Shown here in pieces: positions 6,923 to 13,411 of a stretch of 13,411 nucleotides of DNA. The DNA comes from an uncultured Pseudomonadota bacterium (GTDB lineage: Bacteria; BMS3Abin14). Each line of letters opens with the position of its first letter. Within the stretch, counting starts at the first letter, position 1. The position numbers and the translations under genes are program-made. The notes below the pieces were generated by a model. That model did no database searches. It was not told where the DNA came from and saw only the letters and a program-made list of their open reading frames with translations. The stretch spans positions 1-13,411 of the forward strand of contig CAYVSA010000026.1 in assembly GCA_964454175.1 (NCBI GenBank). Reading direction: 5' to 3'.

Positions 6923-6944
6923 AACAAGAAGGAGATAGAGCACC

Positions 6945-7211
6945 ATGCCAACATATGAGTACAAGTGCGAAAAGTGCGGACACCAGTTCGAGGTGTCACA
7001 GAGGATAACCGAAGACCCTCTGGAAGTTTGCATCAAATGCGACGGTCACGTTAAGCGCCTCATAGCTGCAACCAATTTTATCCTGAAAGGTTCAGGTTGG
7101 TACAAGACAGACTATGCGTCCCCATCGATCAAGGCTGAAAGCAAAACCAGAGAATGTTCTCCGGAAAATATGGGGCCGGCCTGCGGGGCCTGTCCTGCCA
7201 AGACCGATTAG
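6945..7211 (+). CDS. FmdB-family zinc-ribbon protein
   Basis: MPTYEYKCEKCGHQFE...CIKCDG..KRLI....F.LKGSGWYKTDY, with a Cys-rich tail ending CGACP. SD AAGGAG at 6929-6934. Confidence 0.93.
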   Translation: MPTYEYKCEKCGHQFEVSQRITEDPLEVCIKCDGHVKRLIAATNFILKGSGWYKTDYASPSIKAESKTRECSPENMGPACGACPAKTD

Positions 7212-7270
7212 TTTTTCGAGCCTGTTTCGTCCAGCGAAACCATTGGTATTAACCCTGACCGGATTTCCTA

Positions 7271-8326
7271 GTGACTAGCAAGCCGATTGGGTTCAGGCGG
7301 AAAGTGAGTGTCTCCAGGGGCGGCGTCGTCGAGGCCCGGCAGCAGCTTGTCTACGCCCTGTTCTTCCTGGTGTTGGTAATAATCGGCGGAACGACCGGTT
7401 ATATGGCCATCGAAAAGTGGGGGCTCCTCGATTCGGTCTATATGACCGTCCTGACCTTGAGTACGGTGGGCTTCGGGGAGGTCCATCCCCTTTCGCATCC
7501 CGGTAAAATCCTTAGTATTTTCCTGATCATAACCGGTGTCGGCACCGCTGCCTTCGCCGTTGGAACTGCTGGGCGGATCATGCTTGACGAGAGGATCCGA
7601 ATGGTTCTTGGGAGGAGAGTCATGAAATCTATCCAGAAGCTGCAAAATCATTATATCATCTGCGGTTTCGGCAGAATGGGCAGCGTTATCTGTGAGGAGT
7701 TGGCCGACAGAAAAGCTCCTTTTGTTGTAGTGGAAAACGATCAGGATGTTATCGATCAGATCGAACGTCTCGGTTATCTTTTCATCAAGGGAGACGCAAC
7801 TGTAGACAGTGTGCTCCTTGACTCTGGTATCGATAAGGCTGCTGGCCTGGTATCGGTGGTGACTGGCGATACAGAGAACGTTTTCATCACGCTCACAGCA
7901 CGGGGTCTTAACCCCAAGCTCAACATCGTTGTCAGATCTGCAACTGGGGAGTCCATCCAGAAACTGATCAGGGCCGGAGCCAACAAAGTGGTCTCACCCT
8001 ACTATCTTGGCGGGTTCCGGATAGCCCAGGCTTTGCTGAGCCCCACGGTCATCGATTTTCTTGAGACGATAACCCAGGACAAGACGAGAGAGCTGAGGCT
8101 TGAAGAGGTCAGTATTTCGCCCAAATCAAGTCTCGCCGGCGTCGACCTGGCTTCATCAGGTCTCAGGAAAGACCTTAACCTCATTATCCTGGCTATCAAG
8201 GAGGCCACTGGAGGGATGCAGTTCAACCCGTCCTACGAGGCCCTGATCAAGGCGGGGGATACTCTGGTTGTTCTGGGCCATACACCGAGCCTGGAAAAGC
8301 TGGATGCGATAGCCAGGGGCACATGA
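7271..8326 (+). CDS. Potassium channel, 2TM pore plus RCK (TrkA-N/TrkA-C), MthK-like architecture
   Basis: TM1, pore helix and filter DSVYMTVLTLSTVGFGEV, TM2, Rossmann motif HYIICGFGRMG, GDAT, RAGANKVVSP, TrkA-C FNP......AGDTLVVLG. The start may instead be GTG 7304. Confidence 0.92.
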   Translation: MTSKPIGFRRKVSVSRGGVVEARQQLVYALFFLVLVIIGGTTGYMAIEKWGLLDSVYMTVLTLSTVGFGEVHPLSHPGKILSIFLIITGVGTAAFAVGTAGRIMLDERIRMVLGRRVMKSIQKLQNHYIICGFGRMGSVICEELADRKAPFVVVENDQDVIDQIERLGYLFIKGDATVDSVLLDSGIDKAAGLVSVVTGDTENVFITLTARGLNPKLNIVVRSATGESIQKLIRAGANKVVSPYYLGGFRIAQALLSPTVIDFLETITQDKTRELRLEEVSISPKSSLAGVDLASSGLRKDLNLIILAIKEATGGMQFNPSYEALIKAGDTLVVLGHTPSLEKLDAIARGT

Positions 8327-9102
8327 ATATCTCAAGGCTGTTTGCCAGGGCAACCCTGAATAATCTGGATGAAGACCTTTCCTTCCTGAAGGAACACGGA
8401 CTGAACCCCGAAGTATACCTCCCCGCCGGAGGCCTGGATTCACTGGAGGCGGCCCAGCTGGAGTCTCTCGTGATGGTAAGGAACGGTGGAGGGGAAGTGT
8501 CCCTTCACGCTCCCTTTATGGACCTCTCGCCGGGCGGGCTGGATCAGAAAATACTGGAAGTCACGCGGCTGCGCTTCTCTCAGGTCAGGGAAGTGGTCAG
8601 CGTGGTGGAGCCGGTGCACGTTGTTTTCCATCCCGGCTACGACAGGTGGAGGTTCGGGTGGAACTTTGGTCTGTGGCTGGAGAACTGTGTCTCGATCTGG
8701 GGCGAAATTGTGGAATGGGCGGAAAAAACAGGTACTCGTGTACTCATGGAAAACGTTTTCGATGTCCGTCCCGATCACCTCCTGGATCTCAACGACAGAC
8801 TGGGAGGACGCCTTGGCTTCTGCCTTGACACCGGCCATTACCTGCTGTTTTCAGAAGTGCCGATGGAAGACTGGCTGACCTCGTTCGGAGACAACCTCGT
8901 CGAACTGCACATACATGACAACAGAGGAGACGTGGACTCGCATCTGCCTGTCGGAGAGGGGATATTTGATTTCACCTCCCTGTTTTCCTTCCTGGACGCC
9001 CACGACAGGTCGCCCCTGATCGTTCTTGAGAACCACACTCGGGAGGAGACCCTGAGGTCTCTTTCCAACCTGCCTTCGCTTTGTGAGACTGCCCGCCCGT
9101 GA
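8323..9102 (+). CDS. Xylose isomerase-like TIM-barrel protein (sugar phosphate isomerase/epimerase, AP endonuclease 2 family)
   Basis: SLHAPFMDL, VVFHPG, LMEN, CLDTGH, LHIHDN.G..DSHLPVGEG.FDF, VLE. ATGA overlap with the channel gene. Confidence 0.88.
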   Translation: MNISRLFARATLNNLDEDLSFLKEHGLNPEVYLPAGGLDSLEAAQLESLVMVRNGGGEVSLHAPFMDLSPGGLDQKILEVTRLRFSQVREVVSVVEPVHVVFHPGYDRWRFGWNFGLWLENCVSIWGEIVEWAEKTGTRVLMENVFDVRPDHLLDLNDRLGGRLGFCLDTGHYLLFSEVPMEDWLTSFGDNLVELHIHDNRGDVDSHLPVGEGIFDFTSLFSFLDAHDRSPLIVLENHTREETLRSLSNLPSLCETARP

Positions 9103-11666
9103 GCGCTGTACCTGTCGAAGATCTGCTTCACCTGGTGGAGCGGCCGTCGCGTTACCTCGGTTTTGAAGTTAACTCCGTTCATAAAAAAGAAGAGGAAGTA
9201 ATATTAAGGGCTGCACTCGTCTTTCCTGATCTCTATGAAGTGGGGATGTCCCATCTGGGGACACAGGTTCTTTACAGCAGCGGTAACGGTGTTGACGGTG
9301 TGCAGGTGGAGAGGGCCTTCCTCCCTCAGACAGACATGCTCGATCTGCTCCGGGAAAGATCAAGGCCGCTGTTCACGCTGGAGACCAAAGCGCCTCTTTC
9401 CGAGTGCGGTCTGATCGGGTTTACACTCCAATCTGAACTGACATACACAAACATCCTGACGATCCTGAACGCATCGGGTATTCCACTCACAGCAAAAGAC
9501 AGGCTGGAGGGCTTACCTCTGGTCGTGGGGGGCGGGCCTTGTGCCTACAACCCGGAACCGCTGGCTGAGTTTTTCGACCTCTTTTTCATTGGCGACGCTG
9601 AGGTTCAGTGGCCGCACATTCTTGAAACCCTTCGGGACATGCAGGGCCGGGCTGGAAGGCAGGAAAAGAAAGATGCTCTGAAAGAGATTGCAGGGATCTA
9701 CGACCCGCGCGATTTCGAGATCACTTATGAAAGCGACGGGACTGTGAAAGAGGTCCGGGCCGGGGATCCCGGCAGAGTAATTGTCAAGGCGTTCTGTGCA
9801 GATCTTGATTCTCACGCCCCGCCGGTCTCCCTGGTCCTCCCTTTCCTCCAGACGGTCCACGACAGGGTGACGCTGGAGGCGGCTCGCGGATGCACCAGGG
9901 GGTGCCGGTTTTGCCACGCCGGGATGGTCTACAGGCCGGTCAGGGAAAGGTCTGCAAAAACCCTATTGAAGGCTGCAGGAGATTCTCTTCGTTCAACAGG
10001 TTACGAAGACCTCTCCCTGGTGTCCCTCAGTATTGGCGACTATTCTGATCTCGACGGGTTGTTGGCCGAACTGATGGATGCATATTGCGGGGACAGGGTG
10101 TCTGTTTCGCTCCCTTCCATGCGGATCGGCGGGCTCACAAGCACTGTGGCACAGCAGATCAAACGTGTCAAAAAGACCGGGTTCACCATAGCGCCTGAAG
10201 CCGGAACACCGCGGCTGAGGAAGGTTATTAACAAGGATATTACCGACGAAGATATTGTCAGAACAGCCCGATGGGTCTTCGCGACAGGTTGGGATTCCCT
10301 GAAACTCTATTTCATGGTCGGTCTTCCCACCGAGACTCAAGCAGATCTTGAAGGCATCGTTAGCCTGGTAAACCGAATAGCTGAAGCTGCTCCGGGCAGG
10401 GGGCGGGTTACGGTTAACATATCCCCCTTCGTTCCCAAATCAAACACACCATTCCAGTGGGTCGCCCAGGACCCTGAACAGGAACTGAGGCGTAAGGTGA
10501 TGTTTTTAAAAGGTGCTCTCAGGGGCAGGAAGATACAGGTAAGGTGGGGAAGGACGGACCAGGCTCTTCTGGAGGCAGTCCTGGCGAGGGGCGACCGAAC
10601 AGTTTCCCGGGTTATTCATGAAGCCTGGGTGGCTGGCGCCCGCAAGGACGGGTGGGATGAGCATTTCAGCTGGGAGATCTGGCAGGAAGCTTTTGATAAA
10701 TGCGGGATCGATCCGCTCTTTTACGCCAACCGTCAGCGCGGTGAGGAGGAAACGTTCGCCTGGGAACATATATCCTGCGGCGTAGATAAACGATTCCTCC
10801 GCGAAGAATACGAGAAAGGCCTTGCTGGAGAGGTGACTGAAGATTGCCGTCAGGATGGATGCTGGTCCTGCGGTGTATGTACTCCGGAGATGGCAGACTC
10901 GATCCCGCCGCTCAGAGATGCATCTGATCCGGAAAGTGTGTCGGGGGCGGACGAAGAGCCCCCGGAAATGCAGAAAAGTTCAAGGAGGATAAGGGCAGTT
11001 TTTAAAAAAACCGGCCTCATGCGTTTCCTGGGCCACCTTGAGGTCATGAGGACCTTTGAAAGGGCAGCCAGGAGGGCCTCAGTACCCCTGGCCTTCACCG
11101 GAGGATTTTCACCCAGGGCCAGGATAAACTTTGCCTTATCAATGCCCCTGGGTGTCGCTGGTCTTGCCGAGTGGGTTGATGTGGAACTTGTGGGAAGCTG
11201 GACGGCCAGCAGGTTCAAGGATGCCATGAACCGCCAGCTGCCGGAAGGACTTGAGATCCTGACTGCGTGGAAAGCTCCGATCGAGGGTCAGTCTCTGAAT
11301 GTGCGTGTTCAGGCAATGGAGTATCTCGTGGAATTCCCGGAGGTGGCTGCAGAGCTCGGAGACGGCATATCCAGCGTCCTCGATTCTGAAAGCGTCCAGA
11401 TCGTAAGGGTCAAGGACGACAAAAAAAGGATCATCGATCTAAAGAATTTCCTCCTGGGTTTGAGCCTGGAGAACCAGCGATCATTTCGGTTCGCGCTGTC
11501 AATTACGGACAAGGGCAGCGTGAAGCCGAATGAAGTCGTTGAAGCTGTTCTTGGCAGACCCCTGCTTCCCGATGAGGCGATAAAAGTTACGAGGACTCGC
11601 CTGAGTTTAAAGACGCTCGATGACCGGTCGGCCGGTCGACCCGGGCTTTCGCGGATATTCGATTGA
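9099..11666 (+). CDS. TIGR03960-family radical SAM protein fused to TIGR03936/DUF2344 domain
   Basis: VERPSRYLGFEVN, FPDLYEVGMSHLG, RGCTRGCRFCHAG (CxxxCxxC), TIAPEAGT.RLR..INK, KLYFMVGLPTE, FVPK..TPFQW, DCR...C..CGVC. C-terminal FKKTG..RFLGHLE....ERA.RRA..P.AFTGGF.P. GTGA overlap with the upstream gene. Confidence 0.92.
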   Translation: MSAVPVEDLLHLVERPSRYLGFEVNSVHKKEEEVILRAALVFPDLYEVGMSHLGTQVLYSSGNGVDGVQVERAFLPQTDMLDLLRERSRPLFTLETKAPLSECGLIGFTLQSELTYTNILTILNASGIPLTAKDRLEGLPLVVGGGPCAYNPEPLAEFFDLFFIGDAEVQWPHILETLRDMQGRAGRQEKKDALKEIAGIYDPRDFEITYESDGTVKEVRAGDPGRVIVKAFCADLDSHAPPVSLVLPFLQTVHDRVTLEAARGCTRGCRFCHAGMVYRPVRERSAKTLLKAAGDSLRSTGYEDLSLVSLSIGDYSDLDGLLAELMDAYCGDRVSVSLPSMRIGGLTSTVAQQIKRVKKTGFTIAPEAGTPRLRKVINKDITDEDIVRTARWVFATGWDSLKLYFMVGLPTETQADLEGIVSLVNRIAEAAPGRGRVTVNISPFVPKSNTPFQWVAQDPEQELRRKVMFLKGALRGRKIQVRWGRTDQALLEAVLARGDRTVSRVIHEAWVAGARKDGWDEHFSWEIWQEAFDKCGIDPLFYANRQRGEEETFAWEHISCGVDKRFLREEYEKGLAGEVTEDCRQDGCWSCGVCTPEMADSIPPLRDASDPESVSGADEEPPEMQKSSRRIRAVFKKTGLMRFLGHLEVMRTFERAARRASVPLAFTGGFSPRARINFALSMPLGVAGLAEWVDVELVGSWTASRFKDAMNRQLPEGLEILTAWKAPIEGQSLNVRVQAMEYLVEFPEVAAELGDGISSVLDSESVQIVRVKDDKKRIIDLKNFLLGLSLENQRSFRFALSITDKGSVKPNEVVEAVLGRPLLPDEAIKVTRTRLSLKTLDDRSAGRPGLSRIFD

Positions 11667-11806
11667 GTGATAAGGACTCTGAACGCTTTTATAATCAATT
11701 CCCTTGATCCTGGACAAGTAAACCCACCCTATTATTTTTACTTTTCGTTAATAACCTGTTAGGTTTTGACAGTTTATGGAAAATTCAGCTGGAAATACCG
11801 GGTTCC

Positions 11807-11822
11807 TGGCAAACCGTATGCT
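11807..11822 (+). promoter_or_regulatory. Putative sigma54 (-24/-12) promoter upstream of rng
   Basis: TGGCAAACCGTATGCT versus consensus TGGCACRNNNNTTGCW, with exact GG-N10-GC spacing. AT-rich sequence lies upstream. Confidence 0.45.
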
Positions 11823-11906
11823 CTGTGCGTTAAACGATAAAATTGAAAGGTTACGCGTCATGTACGCTGAAAAGATTTTAAATATTTTTAATGAGGATTA
11901 TGCGAA

Positions 11907-13411
11907 ATGGGTTCAGAGATCGTTATTAACACCAACCCCTTTGAAACCCGGGTTGCCCTTCTTGAGAACCGCCATGTTTCCGAGATCTCGGTGGACAGGG
12001 CAAAAGACAGGGGTATTACGGGAAATATCTACAAAGGGCGGGTTGTGCGGGTTCTCCCCGGCATGCAGGCCGCCTTTGTGGACATCGACCAGGAACGGGC
12101 CGCATTTCTACACGCTTCTGATATAGTCCTGGACATGAGTGAGTACGCCGAGATGTACGGCGTAAATCACCAGGACGATGAAGGAAGCGATATTGAAATG
12201 ATAACGGCTTCAGGCCACGGAATTGAGGATCTCCTCAAGGAAGGGCAGGAAGTCCTCGTCCAGGTCAACAAGGAGCCAATTGGAACCAAGGGGGCAAGGG
12301 TCACGGCCTACGTGACTCTTCCCGGCCGGCTCCTTGTCTTGATGCCCACGATCACCAAGGTCGGGGTCTCCCGACGGATCCAGGATACCAAAGAAAGAGA
12401 CAGGCTCAGAAGTATCGTCCAGTCCCTGAAGCCGGAAAGGGTTGGCTTTATCATCCGGACTGCGGCAGAAGGTGCCTCGGAAGAAACGATCAAACAGGAT
12501 ATGGATTTTCTGGTCCGCCTGTGGGGTACGCTCAAGAAAAGAAGGCCCAGGGCAAGGGCGCCGAGTCTGCTGTACGCCGAGCTGGATCTTACTTTCAGAG
12601 TACTCAGGGATCTTTACAGCTCCGATATAGATGCCATTCACGTTGATTCAAAGAGCGAGTATAAAAAACTCCTGGATTTCACCAAGAGATTCATGCCCCA
12701 CTTGCGCCAGGCAGTACGACTTTACGAGGACGATGAGCCTATCTTCGATGCTTTTGGTGTAGAGCTTGAGCTGAATCGGGCGTTGGGGAAAAAGATCTGG
12801 CTGAAATCCGGCGGCTACCTGGTGATCGACCAGACCGAGGCACTGACTGCAATAGACGTCAATACCGGCAGGTTCGTGGGAAAGCGAAACCTTGAAGACA
12901 CTATTGTCAAGACCAACATGGAGGCCGTATACGAGGTTGTCTATCAGGTCAAGCTGCGCAACATCGGTGGGCTCATCATAATTGATTTCATCGATATGGA
13001 AAGATATTCGAACCGGCGGAAAGTGTTTGCTGCCCTCGAGGATGCTCTGAAAGGCGACCGCACCAAGACTACAATTCTTCAGATATCGGAACTGGGACTG
13101 GTTGAGATGACCCGCAAACGAGTCAGGGACAACCTGGCATCGGTCATGACTGAACCCTGCCCTTACTGTGAGGGGAAGGGAGCCATCAAGTCCATGAGGA
13201 CCATTGTTTACGAGATCTTCAGACAGGTGAAGAAGGAAGCTGCTCTGCTGGAGGGCAAACGCGTTGTAATTGTTGCCCACCCGAGATTGGCAGACCTTCT
13301 TTATGAGGAAGAAAATGATTATCTGGAGAAACTGGAAAAGCAGATAAAGAAAAAGATCCTGGTTAAGACAGAGTATAATATGCATCAGGAGCAGTATCAA
13401 ATTATGGGGCT
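11907..13411 (+). CDS. rng: Ribonuclease G (Rne/Rng family), 3' end outside the window
   Basis: Manual translation: MGSEIVINTNPFETRVA, GNIYKGRVVRVLPGMQAAFVDI, VQVNKEPIGTKGAR, LKSGGYLVIDQTEALTAIDVNTG, LRNIGGLIIIDFIDM, GLVEMTRKR, PCPYCEGKG, ending HQEQYQIMG. About 501 codons, the length of RNase G. GAGGA at 11893-11897. Missing from the ORF track because no stop lies in the window. Confidence 0.93.
   Translation, partial: MGSEIVINTNPFETRVALLENRHVSEISVDRAKDRGITGNIYKGRVVRVLPGMQAAFVDIDQERAAFLHASDIVLDMSEYAEMYGVNHQDDEGSDIEMITASGHGIEDLLKEGQEVLVQVNKEPIGTKGARVTAYVTLPGRLLVLMPTITKVGVSRRIQDTKERDRLRSIVQSLKPERVGFIIRTAAEGASEETIKQDMDFLVRLWGTLKKRRPRARAPSLLYAELDLTFRVLRDLYSSDIDAIHVDSKSEYKKLLDFTKRFMPHLRQAVRLYEDDEPIFDAFGVELELNRALGKKIWLKSGGYLVIDQTEALTAIDVNTGRFVGKRNLEDTIVKTNMEAVYEVVYQVKLRNIGGLIIIDFIDMERYSNRRKVFAALEDALKGDRTKTTILQISELGLVEMTRKRVRDNLASVMTEPCPYCEGKGAIKSMRTIVYEIFRQVKKEAALLEGKRVVIVAHPRLADLLYEEENDYLEKLEKQIKKKILVKTEYNMHQEQYQIMG

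Noticed and set aside
7224..7240. Terminator after fmdB (GTTTCG-TCCAG-CGAAAC)
   Set aside because: Weak 6-bp stem with no following U tract.
11808..11860. c-di-GMP-I (GEMM) riboswitch seed GGCAAACC
   Set aside because: No GNRA-capped stem or GACGCAAA follows. Better explained as a sigma54 motif.
11776..12126. 116-aa + strand ORF
   Set aside because: Overlaps rng out of frame, has no SD and no recognisable motif.
12210..13400. Minus-strand ORFs of 143 and 250 aa, and other antisense ORFs across the window
   Set aside because: They are shadows of well-supported genes on the opposite strand and have no recognisable motifs.

Overview
Bacterial window with moderately high GC. Gene content suggests an anaerobic deltaproteobacterial (Desulfobacterota/Myxococcota-like) lineage, which is inference only. 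It holds 11 CDSs. On the + strand an overlapping unit runs: 5'-truncated aldehyde:ferredoxin oxidoreductase, class II aldolase, FHA-domain sigma54 activator. Converging on it from the - strand are a non-RD membrane Ser/Thr kinase with PEGA domains and a small nucleotidyltransferase-fold gene with a degenerate catalytic motif. Then on +: PHP phosphoesterase, FmdB zinc ribbon, 2TM-RCK K+ channel, TIM-barrel isomerase/endonuclease, fused TIGR03960/TIGR03936 radical SAM protein, and RNase G (absent from the ORF track, runs off the right end). The most interesting signals are: (i) a probable kinase-to-FHA-activator-to-sigma54 module; (ii) in-register heptamer tracts confined to the three intergenic regions around the kinase and NTase genes, including a 17-bp helix that is fully paired only as minus-strand RNA; (iii) an unidentified multi-stem leader upstream of fmdB; (iv) an internal SD+ATG predicted to give a soluble RCK subunit; (v) a sigma54-type promoter upstream of rng. 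No CRISPR array, rRNA, tRNA or transposase was seen. All family calls come from motif recognition by eye; no database search was run.
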